Origin: Ascidiella aspersa
Taxonomy: Eukaryota
DNA length: 64,000 bases
Reading direction: 5' to 3'
Assembly (NCBI GenBank): GCA_963924565.1
Contig: OZ004610.1
Location: 5,828,001 to 5,892,000, forward strand
This document shows positions 13,018-23,684 of this stretch, piece by piece. Both the position numbers and the translations under genes were made by a program. The notes below the pieces were generated by a model that saw only the letters and a program-made list of their open reading frames with translations, had not been told where the DNA came from and did no database searches. Each line of letters begins with the position of its first letter. The first letter of the stretch is position 1.

Positions 13018-13541
13018 TTTCGTTATGTTTTACAAACTGGCGTGGCTAACAAGCTAAGCAGACAGGCGAGAGCTCCAGAATGCATTTCTAGACCTTAGGC
13101 AGATAATGTTAATGCTCTGGCATGTTTAGCAATGTAAACTCATATTACGACAGCTATGAAACACATATCTAAGCCTCAAGCAGTTAATACTAATGTAAAA
13201 TCATTTCTAACACAAACAAGTGATATTGCTTATGTTGTATAGCAAGTGGAACGTCTATAGCGTTTTGCAATAGTTGTGTAATACATGCATCACACATTCA
13301 AAGCTTTTGACTTATAATATGAACAGTCTGTGTGGCACGGTAACGACTTTGGTTACCTCCTATCAACTTCCGGAAATGCCTAATTGCACTTAGTTTACCC
13401 CGCGTTTTGTTTGTTGGTTTGTTCAATAAAATACGTTGCATCAAATCATTTGCGCGACTATTTATAACACGGCCGTACGTCCGTCATCGAACTGACACAC
13501 TAAGCAGAATGCGCATTGCTAAGCAGCTACTCTGTTTATAC

Positions 13542-14173
13542 CAGGGGTCAACCTTTCATACTGCCGGGCCAAATATGTGTATTCGGATTAGACCACGGGC
13601 CACTTGCACATATCTCGTCGACTACATGTCAGTGACTACCACGAAGTATTGCGAATCAAAGGGAAAGTTTTTAAAATCGATTTAATGAGAGCTTTGAAGC
13701 TAGCTTGCTTTCCCAACCATCCTATCCAGGTTCTCTTGAATTAAAGTTTTTGCAACCCGAAGTCCATTCTACAGGTGTACATTAGTCAGTCAGATTTCAT
13801 AAACCCCAGTTCGAAAAAAAATGTTCCCACACGTACGTTGAACCGAACATCCACATGTTGAACTTTCACACAACTTCTACACGTTACGCAACAGCACCCA
13901 AAACACATTTTGGAGTTATATTTTTTTAACAGGTCACATTAGTTTGGAATTTGTACGTTCCTTTCTGCTTCCGTCAACCATCGAATTTTGATAGAATTTA
14001 ACTGTTACCAGCTACTGCAGTGATTGTTCCATGGTTGGTTTAAGTAAGGAACAGTCAGGAAGTTTACGTTTTTGAACAGTTAATACCTGAATGTTTTGTG
14101 GTGCGGGCCAAAAACCAAAGCACGTCGCGGGCCAGTCATTTTGGTTGCGCCGGCCGCAGGTTGCACGCCCCTG
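13542..14173 (-). mobile_element. hAT deletion derivative with a degenerate transposase C-terminus
   Basis: caggggtcaacc..ggttgcacgcccctg with perfect 8-bp TSD gtttatac. The minus strand reads an interrupted MFGSTYVWEHFF..LTNVHL..SSH*, matching the hAT dimerisation domain. Confidence 0.8.
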
Positions 14174-14986
14174 GTTTATACTAACATTTAGCTTGTACTA
14201 TACTATCGTTTTCATAGAAAAAACAACAGCAAGGTTTATTTAAGACACAACGGATAGCACAGAAACAACAATAGCAAACCAATTATTATAATCGACAAAG
14301 GTAATCTAATCACAATTAGTTTTATTGGTCTTGCTGTTGTTCGGAAACAACTTTTACCACTAAGAGCTGACTATCATATACATGTGTGAATTATAACGGC
14401 CACTCAACAAATATCTACCCCATTTTTTCCTAATTATTCAAATATTTTGCTGCTGTTATCGACATAAAGGTCATTACTGTAGGCGTAGGCCCAAAATAAA
14501 ACAGCTAAACCCAGCCAGCGGGCGCGGCACGCCATTACCGCAAGCAATTCGTGACACAGGATGCTATACCGCTCTACGCAAAAAAAAGACTGTTGCCAAC
14601 TGGAGCATGACCGTAGCACATACTTGCATCTAGCAAAACTTATCTGGCCTGATAAAAGCGTCGCATATTTGAGCCTGCGTATAAGTACAAAATTGTCAAA
14701 TAGCGCCGGTGCCTCAATGGACGGATTCGGCTGACAACGTAGTATATCTTTATGTTTTACTAGTGTGGTGTTCATTTTAGTTAGAAGGATAGCGTAGCAT
14801 TGCCGATAAGTTTATTTTAAATAAGTAATCAACAATGTCGCACCTTAATATATTTCATAAGTGTGCTCATCTGTGTTGTTTACGAAATTAAATTGATCTA
14901 TAGATATTACTTAAAATCACGTCTTGCTGCAAAAGAAACTTTCATAACACTCCAAATATTCTGTTTATGACGAATATAGTCTATAC

Positions 14987-15254
14987 CAGTGGTTCTTAAC
15001 CTTTTCCACCCCTTTTAAACCATCTGTCAGTTATCGCACCCCTACTAGAATTACCTAAATAACAAAACCATTGTAATTTTATTTTTATACAAGTAACTGA
15101 TAACACAATAACAAAATGTGAGTTAGTTTTACATTTAATTGAGGAAATCAATAAATTACATTTTAATATATTTTCTGATCCAGCATCCCCACACTCCCTT
15201 GGAACAGTTCTAGCACCCGTTGAGGGTGCGAGCACCCCTGGTTGAGGAACCCTG
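14987..15254. mobile_element. hAT (Charlie-like) MITE
   Basis: cagtggttcttaacc..ggttgaggaaccctg with perfect 8-bp TSD gtctatac. Confidence 0.85.
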
Positions 15255-15437
15255 GTCTATACGATATGTCATACGGCCACTGTATTAATCCAATGTAGCT
15301 TCTGTTATAGCCCGAGAGCCTGCTGGGAAATATAAATTAATTGGAGTCACGAAATAACACATAAGACAATGTCCTATATAAAAATCAGTAGCTGTCAATC
15401 ATTCGTTATCGTGCTTAATTGTTTTATTATTTTAAGC

Positions 15438-16080
15438 CAGGGGCGGGCTTCTCAAGTCGGCAGGCCTGATATGGGAAATGAAATACTTGGCGGGCCGGAT
15501 TCCTAAATCTGTACATTATTCGTGTATTTGTCAACCTGTCCTATACAACGAATAAATCATATTTAATGCAACATTTAAGTCGAAAGCATATAGACCAAAC
15601 ACAGTATTTAATGAATTTATTAACGAAATGCACTTCCATAGCAACTGAAGTCAATGAGACATTTGTGGTCGATCGAGGTTGTCCACAAGTTCTTTGAACT
15701 TTGGCTGCATGTCAGATGTAGAAACCCTCAGTAAAGACTGCACATGGACATCTGTTAGATTAGAACGCAGCTTTGTCTTGTTAATGTTCATGGTCGAAAA
15801 TGTTTGCTCGCAAATGTATGTAGACCCAAACAGAACAAGTAGGCCTAGATTCATGGCCAGCTTTCTCAGATTGGCAAACTTGGACTTATTAAGTGACGCA
15901 TAAAATTTGTCAATGCTTTCAGATTGGAATTTCGCTTTCTGGGTAGAGTCACACTGCAGGTCAATCAATTCCAGCTGTAGAGCATCCGGCACCTTTTCAA
16001 AGTCAGTTGTAAAGGGTGATGACAAGATGTCAAACTCAGCAGAAAGTTTTTTGAAGTCGCAAAACGACGACCAAATTCAT
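15438..16080 (-). mobile_element. Truncated hAT (SPIN/GTF2IRD2/Buster-like) transposon: transposase C-terminal fragment plus 3' end
   Basis: ORF 15651-16025 reads LQLELIDLQCD..LFGSTYICEQTFSTMNINKTKLRSNLTDVH..PQMSH (hAT dimerisation domain). Terminus caggggcgggc at 15438 with a GC-rich subterminal gcgggccgga. Confidence 0.88.
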
Positions 16081-18303
16081 TGTCTAGTGCTGATAACATA
16101 TTGTTGTACTTCTCAGTTGTAATCATCTTGGATGCTATCTGCAAACGTAATACGTTTGTGTTGAAGCAGCCATATGTGTTGGGTAAATGACTCGATTAAT
16201 ATAGCAGAAGAGGGATTGCGTTAGGGAGTAGCTGTTCAGTTGCCGACATCGGCAAATATAGGACCTGTAGAGCTTTGGGACTTTGGAACTATGATCGGGT
16301 CAACTCTGGTCGCTCTGTCAGCATAACCTGCTGGAAGCATTTCGTCAATTGTCCATAATTTTCTGTTTTTCTTTATTCTTGTTGAAGCGCGTTGTCACGA
16401 AATTTAATTACCACCGGCTGGAATTTGTTATTTCAGTGATTTGCATTTATGCCAAAACAGTCTTTTAAACTGTTCACTTGTGTAGTCCTGATCGCTACAT
16501 TACGAAGGTAAATTTATTGTATGTTTCGTAAGAACCTGTAAGTACTGTTAAACCGTTGTCGCAATAAATATTTTTTATTGTGGTTCGCACCCACATACGG
16601 CATACGCATACGGAAAAAGCGAAATAGGACAGGAACAATTTTAAACTAAGGTTTCGTTTACACACTCGACCAAACACGTTATTAATGTACGTCACGACGT
16701 CACGTCTCCTCCCAATAAAATTTCAATTTACGCCTAATAAACGGACATTATTTAAGCTTTGCACGAACAACAAGCTTCTTAAAGTTTCTACATTTTTTAT
16801 GTCCATACAAACAAAACTCCAGGATCCGTCCTTGTTTCAGGCCTTAACTGTTTCTGGTATTTTGTGTTGTCTTAGTATGTATAGAACATCAATACAGAAT
16901 TAGCCTCCATTGTAGAGTGGTTCTCAACCAGGGGACTACATATTTACAAATACGTCTTTATGAGTCGTTGGTTCGAATGAGGGAAAGGACAGTAGTACCT
17001 CTTGTCTCATCCGATTTAGATGGACTGCGAAAAGTAAAATAGATTTAGGAAATGGGAACTAACTTGTTAAACAGGTTTGGTGCATTGAGAACTATGCAGT
17101 ATGCAAGCCGATCCTGACGGTGACGATGGCATCAAACATGTAAAATAGTTATCGTTAATTGCTTGCCTTTTTTTGCTGGTGTGTGCAATGTCCTAGTCGG
17201 TTATTTGTCGTAAATTGAACACATAAATTTCGGACAAAAGGTTCTTTATGATAGGCGCTAGTCTGCTTTCATGCACTCCGCAGTTCTCACCGAGACCGAG
17301 ATAACCGTTGTGATTGTCTAGACAAGAATACAGGCGTGCAAGTTATTCAGTCTGCATTCTGTGGCGGGTGCACACCCAATATATATTTTTTCAATTTGTG
17401 TACACCACAGACCACACCTGAATTATTATATTCTGTTTAATTTTTTTTGCAACATAAACCCCCGGACGTAAATGTTCAGCCACAGATTTAGTCCGGTAGG
17501 TCTAGTAAAAACAACTCATTGTATTAGTGAAAAAAACCCTCCCTGATTTTCTAGGAACATATAATTGGAAATAAATCACTAAAAAAGCTGGAAATTTAGC
17601 AAATTTAACACCAGTTATAGAAATTAGGCGTATGCTGTTTGGAATAACGCTATTTTTACAATGGTTAAATTGTAATTACTTATAGGTATCGACTAGTTTA
17701 TCAAAGATCATAAATTTACAATAAGAAACGTGGCTGGTCTAGAGTCCTATCACAGCGTTGAAGCAATTTTTAAATCAATGCACAATATTTGGGTTAGGTT
17801 GTGGGTTAGCGTTTGGATGTTGGTGGGTCAAGTATTATCCAATTTCTTATTCAATATTATTGTTTAACCTACCCCAACTTAGATGCTAACCAGCACCCTA
17901 ACCCAAATAATGTGCGTTGTGGTAGGATTCTAGACCAACACCTGAAAAACTGTTTGCATAGAACAATAATTGTACAGCCACCAGCAGTGTTCAAAATAAC
18001 ACTGAACAAAGTTTTATGTGTGCATTTTGTTGAATAATTTATGTATTAAAATATGATTGGCTAAATTAGATTTAAAATTGAAATTACATAGCTTGTGAAA
18101 CATTACAATGTGTATACGAAAGATCCAATAAAAACCTATTTAATATTTGTGTTTTTTTATGCACACACTAAAAAAGTATTTATGTGTCATTTATTGTACC
18201 AAATACTTGTTTTACAGTTTTAAGCACTACGTTTATGTGTTCGTACTAAGTTGAAAAAGTAAATTTTTGTTGTAAATTGTACAAACCGTGTCAACCTGTA
18301 ACA

Positions 18304-21300
18304 ATGTTGATTGACGCCAGCCCCAATGCTCGAATTCGTATTTTGAGATTGGTGTACAACGAACACAATGACAGCGTTTTGTATCGTCTTCAAAAAGGCT
18401 GGAAGCTGCGGTTCATGCTTGGGCCCACCCTGGTATCTAGTGAAGTTTCCATTTTCTGTAACTTACCAGGAGATAACAAGCCATTTAACAGGTCAGACTA
18501 TGTTAAATTGAAGTGGAACAATTCTCCTGATAATGACCAGTATGATTCCTTTGCCGAACTTACACTAAACACTTCTGGCTCCTTTCAATACTATTTTACC
18601 AGTGATGGTGTAAAGAGTGGCAGTGGTTATTTTATGGTTGATCCCATTTTTCGAGTTGGTGCTGATGATAGAATATTGCCACTTGATGCAATCTGCATGC
18701 AAACTGTACTAACCAAACTTTTGGGAAAGATTTCAACATGGAAAGACCGTCTTAGCGTTGCCAAAGAAAGTGGTTACAATGCAATCCACTTTACTCCACT
18801 ACAACTCCTTGGCTGTTCAAAATCATCATACTCCATCGCAGACCAGCTACAATTGGATCCAAGTTATTATGACAGCCAACAAAAAGTTAATTTTAATGAT
18901 GTCAAAAGCTTGGTGGAGGAGATTCGCCTTGATTGGTCTGTTCTAAGTGTTACAGACATTGTGTGGAACCACACAGCCTCTAATAGTGAATGGCTAAAAG
19001 AATTTCCTGAAAGTGGCTATAACCTGGTCAACTCGCCCTACCTAAAACCTGCCTACCTAATCGACCGGGCAGTATTCCATGTTGCTTTAGAAATTGAAGC
19101 AGGGTTGCACGACAAACTGTTTACAAATAGAAAGATTACATGTCAAAAAGATGTTGATGCGTTAAAAGCTTTGTTAAAAGATGATGTTTTACCAAAGTTA
19201 AAGATTTGGGAATTTTCACAAGTTGACCTCACAAGAGAAATGCAAAAGTTTAGTTGTGCAATAAACAAAGGATTGGCTGAAGACTTGGTGTTCGACAGCA
19301 CAAAAACAATTGGTATTGTGCAGGATATGGAGTTTACACGTTTCGGTTGTACCATTGACATGGAAACAGCTCTGATCCAATTTTACCTGGGAAGCAAGCG
19401 CAATGCCGAGAAGGCGCTGTCGTTTTTCCAAAGCACTGTGAAATGGCTTAATGACAGCACAAAACTTGAAGTACAGTCTGAAATTGATGCTGCCCTTAAC
19501 AATATTATTAGTGCAGTAATTTATGAGAGGGTTGCCGATAATGGTCCAAAGAATGTTAAAATCAATGCAGAGAGTCCACTTGTTACGCAGTACTTTTCTC
19601 ACCCCTTTCCAAATACATCAGTTGATCTCGAAGAAAAGGAAATAGTTGACAAGAGCAGCAATGGCCGGATGATAATGGCCCACAATGGTTGGGTCATGGG
19701 AGCTGATGCACTTAAAAATTTTGCAGAATATCCTTCTAAAGTGTATCTGCGACGTGAGTTGATATGCTGGGGTGACAGCATTAAACTTCGCTACGGTTCA
19801 TCCCCCCAAGACTGTCCACCGCTATGGGAAAGAATGAGGAAATACACAGAAATGATGGCTGACATTTTCCATGGAATTCGCATCGACAACTGCCACAACA
19901 CACCTATACATGTTGCTGAGTATATGCTGGATGCCGCTCGTCAAATACGCCCTGATCTTTATGTATTTGCTGAGCTCTTCACAGGAAGTGAACACGTGGA
20001 CAACATCTTCGTGAACAGACTTGGCATCACCTCACTAATACGGGAGGCACTATCAGCCTGGGATTCGCATGAGTTGGGAAGGCTGGTCTACTTATATGGC
20101 GGCGAACCGATTGCTTCATTTACCCAGTCTGAAACACAGGCACTGAAGCCTTCAAGGGCTCATGCCTTGTTCTATGATGTCACACATGACAATGACAGTC
20201 AGATAGAAAAACGCAGCATCAATGATGTTCTGCCTTCAAGCGCTCTTGTGTGCATGTCATGCTGTGCTGTTGGAAGCAACCGCGGACACGATGAGTTGGT
20301 TCCTCACCACATTCATGTAGTAAACGAACAGCGTCTGTACAGATCATACCTATCCAATCCCACAGGCTCGAAATCGGGTGCCATTCACAAAACTACTGGG
20401 CTCCTGTCTGCCAAAAATATGCTTAACACGCTTCATCAGACCATGGCGTTGAATGGATTTAGCCAAGTCTTCGTGGATCAGAAAACGTCAGATGTTGTGG
20501 CAATAACCAGGCACAATCCTCAGACTCACTACAGCTATGTAATGATCTCTTACACATCTTTTTCTGACACAAAAGGCAATCAGATTTCTCCGCTAACAAT
20601 TGAGGGTACCATTATGGGAATCGCGATGGAAGCTTCTCCAAACATGGCTCAGCAGGCCACTTCAAGTTATGTCCAATCTTTTAAAAAAGATTCAGAATTT
20701 TTAAATGGTATTGAAAACTATACCTACAACATTCAGACTGATATTCCTTTAAACATGAGTTCCTGCTGTGACATTGTCCCCGCTAGAGATTGCAAATCCT
20801 TCACTGTGAATCTAACAAATTTTTCACCAGGCAGTTTGATTGTCTTGAGGATTAAGCTGTCGGAGCAAGCAGATGCAGCTGTGGCCCAAGTGCGTCAGGC
20901 AATTGCTGAACTGCAGACTTCTGATTCAAAATTTGACGAAATTGTTTCAAATCTTAATTTCCAAGCACTGCAGAGAGTTTTATTCCGATGTGATGATGAG
21001 GAAAAATCTGACGGTTTAGGGATTGGAGCGTACCATGTGCCAGGATGGGAAGCACTGCGATATTGCGGCATTGCAGGGGTCGCTTTACCCATGGAGAAAA
21101 TCAGATCTAACAACGACCTGGGCCATCCTCTCTGTAAAAACTTGCGAGATGGAGACTGGCTGATGGATTACTTGTCATTGCGGCTTTGTAAGCACAGCAA
21201 CACAAAGAATCTTGGTGATTGGTATGCAAAGTGCTTCTCAAATTTGGGACAGATTCCACGCTACTTGATCCCAAAGTATTTTGAGCAAATCATTGGCCTA

Positions 21301-22836
21301 ACTTACAAAAAGCTACTGAAAGCTTGCTGGGCCAGTATGTCTCCATTTGTAAAGAGTGGGAGTAGTTTTGTGAAGCTCTTAGCCCTAGGCTCAGTTTCCT
21401 TGTATGGCTATGTCAATGGTGCCGCTCTGCCGTGCCTTGATAGTAGCATTGCAGATCTAACTGTTGATTTAGATTCTGGAAAACAGTTGTTGACATCTAT
21501 GGCAGCTGGACTGCCTCATTTCAGTTCTGGAGTTATGCGCTGTTGGGGCCGAGACACTTTCATTGCTTTGCCTGGTTTATTGCTGGTGACTGGACGAAAG
21601 CTTGAAGCCAGGAACCTTATCTTGGCATTTGCAGGATGCCTAAGACACGGCTTGATTCCGAATTTACTTGGGGAGGGAAAGATATGCCGGTACAATTGCA
21701 GAGACGCTGTTTGGTTTTGGTTGCAGTGCATTCAGGAATACTGTGAGATGTTCAGTTACAGCTTGCTTAAAGAACCTGTTGTTCGGATTTTCCCCAATGA
21801 TGACAGTGAAGCAATGTCTGGCGATTGTAAAACCCAGCCCCTGTATGATGTAATGCAGGAAGCCCTACAGCGTCATGTTGATGGAATAAGCTTTCGCGAA
21901 AGAGGTGCTGGACCCTCAATTGACCAAGATATGTCCAGCAAGGGTTTTGATGTGGAAGCTGGCATTGATCTCAACACTGGTTTTGTGTATGGCGGAAGCA
22001 AGTTTAACTGTGGAACATGGTGTGATAAAATGGGTGGCAGCAAAAAAGCACACAACAAAAGAGTCCCAGCTACACCTAGAGATGGGTCAGCAGTTGAGCT
22101 AATTGGTCTTTGCAAGTCGGCAGTAGGATGGTTGAACAGGGCTTCCAACTCACGCAAGTATCCCTACGATTGTGTCTTTGTGAAAAATGCAGATGCGGAA
22201 ATGTCCAAACTCACATGGTCTGAATGGAACAAAAAGATTGCAGACAACTTTGAAAAGTTCTTTTATGTCGGCGACCATGACAATTCTCACTTGGTGCACA
22301 AGCGTTACATTTACAAAGACACAGTAGGTGCGAGTCATCCTTGGTGCGACTATCAGCTTCGACCAAATTTTCCGTTGGCAATGGTCTATGCCCCGGAGCT
22401 GTTTGATGCTCAGTGTGCATGGAATGCCTTGGAAATTGTACAGGAAAAGCTACTGGGCCCCCTTGGCATCAAAACCCTTGATCCTGATGACATGCAATAT
22501 AGGGCTGATTATGACAATGCAAATGACTCCACCGATACATCAGTTGCCAAAGGATTCAATTACCACCAAGGGCCTGAATGGCTTTGGCCGGTGGGATATT
22601 TTCTTCGGGCAAAGCTCTACTTTAGTCGTAAACTCGGAGCTGCCAAACTGAAGGAAACAATTTCATTCATTCATCAATACCTTGTTAAACACCATCTTCA
22701 TTTGGAGAATTCCGATTGGTCGGGCCTACCAGAACTGACCAATAGTAATGGATCCTATTGCCGCGATTCCTGTCCTATACAGGCTTGGTCGCATTCCACA
22801 TTGCTTGATCTCTTTCATGACATGTCACGACTTTAA
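18304..22836 (+). CDS. AGL: Glycogen debranching enzyme (4-alpha-glucanotransferase / amylo-1,6-glucosidase), about 1510 aa, single coding exon
   Basis: First ATG at 18304 (the ORF track opens at TTG 18277). Motifs DIVWNHT, MAHNGWV, WGDSIKLRYG, GIRIDNCH, YVFAELFTGSE, VTHDN, RCWGRDTFI, TWCDKMG, YHQGPEWLWP, GLPELTN, QAWS are all present. Confidence 0.97.
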   Translation: MLIDASPNARIRILRLVYNEHNDSVLYRLQKGWKLRFMLGPTLVSSEVSIFCNLPGDNKPFNRSDYVKLKWNNSPDNDQYDSFAELTLNTSGSFQYYFTSDGVKSGSGYFMVDPIFRVGADDRILPLDAICMQTVLTKLLGKISTWKDRLSVAKESGYNAIHFTPLQLLGCSKSSYSIADQLQLDPSYYDSQQKVNFNDVKSLVEEIRLDWSVLSVTDIVWNHTASNSEWLKEFPESGYNLVNSPYLKPAYLIDRAVFHVALEIEAGLHDKLFTNRKITCQKDVDALKALLKDDVLPKLKIWEFSQVDLTREMQKFSCAINKGLAEDLVFDSTKTIGIVQDMEFTRFGCTIDMETALIQFYLGSKRNAEKALSFFQSTVKWLNDSTKLEVQSEIDAALNNIISAVIYERVADNGPKNVKINAESPLVTQYFSHPFPNTSVDLEEKEIVDKSSNGRMIMAHNGWVMGADALKNFAEYPSKVYLRRELICWGDSIKLRYGSSPQDCPPLWERMRKYTEMMADIFHGIRIDNCHNTPIHVAEYMLDAARQIRPDLYVFAELFTGSEHVDNIFVNRLGITSLIREALSAWDSHELGRLVYLYGGEPIASFTQSETQALKPSRAHALFYDVTHDNDSQIEKRSINDVLPSSALVCMSCCAVGSNRGHDELVPHHIHVVNEQRLYRSYLSNPTGSKSGAIHKTTGLLSAKNMLNTLHQTMALNGFSQVFVDQKTSDVVAITRHNPQTHYSYVMISYTSFSDTKGNQISPLTIEGTIMGIAMEASPNMAQQATSSYVQSFKKDSEFLNGIENYTYNIQTDIPLNMSSCCDIVPARDCKSFTVNLTNFSPGSLIVLRIKLSEQADAAVAQVRQAIAELQTSDSKFDEIVSNLNFQALQRVLFRCDDEEKSDGLGIGAYHVPGWEALRYCGIAGVALPMEKIRSNNDLGHPLCKNLRDGDWLMDYLSLRLCKHSNTKNLGDWYAKCFSNLGQIPRYLIPKYFEQIIGLTYKKLLKACWASMSPFVKSGSSFVKLLALGSVSLYGYVNGAALPCLDSSIADLTVDLDSGKQLLTSMAAGLPHFSSGVMRCWGRDTFIALPGLLLVTGRKLEARNLILAFAGCLRHGLIPNLLGEGKICRYNCRDAVWFWLQCIQEYCEMFSYSLLKEPVVRIFPNDDSEAMSGDCKTQPLYDVMQEALQRHVDGISFRERGAGPSIDQDMSSKGFDVEAGIDLNTGFVYGGSKFNCGTWCDKMGGSKKAHNKRVPATPRDGSAVELIGLCKSAVGWLNRASNSRKYPYDCVFVKNADAEMSKLTWSEWNKKIADNFEKFFYVGDHDNSHLVHKRYIYKDTVGASHPWCDYQLRPNFPLAMVYAPELFDAQCAWNALEIVQEKLLGPLGIKTLDPDDMQYRADYDNANDSTDTSVAKGFNYHQGPEWLWPVGYFLRAKLYFSRKLGAAKLKETISFIHQYLVKHHLHLENSDWSGLPELTNSNGSYCRDSCPIQAWSHSTLLDLFHDMSRL

Positions 22837-23684
22837 ACTTAATGTTTTTACAGAGATTCTTAATATTTATTGCTAACTATTATTTAGATATAGATTTGTG
22901 TTCGCTGCACTTTTCCATTCTTTTTCTGTATTGTGCTGTAGGAAGTATTTGGCTTTTAAGTGAAACTGAATTTATTTATATACTTAATTTATCTATATAA
23001 TTTATCATATTTCGTAATTTTTGAAAAAGTATAAACAAAGACAAAGTAAATAAATTTAAAAACCCAAGCTAAAAAGTTGGGACAAAGTGTTTTTTGCCGA
23101 AAAATATTAATACTCTTTCTTTCTGTTTGAACTTACTTATTTCTCATGGAAATGTCATATTAATATAGTCTGTTTACTCTATATGCCATGCTTAAAAAGC
23201 TATGTATATAACCGTACAAATAATAATTATATCACACTCTATTTAATGCTGCTGTCAAAACTGGCAACATTGAAGTACATCTTAATCCATAACTTATGAC
23301 ACTGCATAATATGTATAGTGTTGCACTGCCTTCAATATATAGCTGTTATATGACACTGTGTTGAAACAAGGTTTAGTTTGACTATCGATCAAAATAGTTG
23401 CAACTATTAATCTAGTGTTTTGGTACTATTTATTAAAAACTTGTTGCTCATTATTTCTTCTGCCTTCCAATTGTCTTTTATTGTTGAAAAAATGTGTCGA
23501 CCTTCAGAAAGTATTATATTTTGCTTTGTTTTCACGAACTATCTTTTTAGCTTTTCTATATACACCATTAATGAAATTTGTTCTCTTTTGAATGTTTAAT
23601 TTCTTGTTACCGGCATGTTAACTTATTATTATTTTGTTTATGCAGAATTTATTTTTAACTGTGGTGTCAAATCTAAACATCAAA

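Noticed and set aside
16140-16440. Higher-GC stretch next to the hAT fragment
   Set aside because: The minus-strand frames I translated are short and unrecognisable; I cannot assign it.
17272-17375. Scattered MRE-like TGCRCNC motifs
   Set aside because: A degenerate 7-mer expected many times by chance, and not clustered as in metallothionein promoters.
18277-18303. ORF-track start of AGL
   Set aside because: It is a TTG codon; a eukaryotic start at ATG 18304 is more plausible.
18758-22651. Short antisense and alternative-frame ORFs within AGL
   Set aside because: Shadows of a long coding exon with no recognisable motifs.
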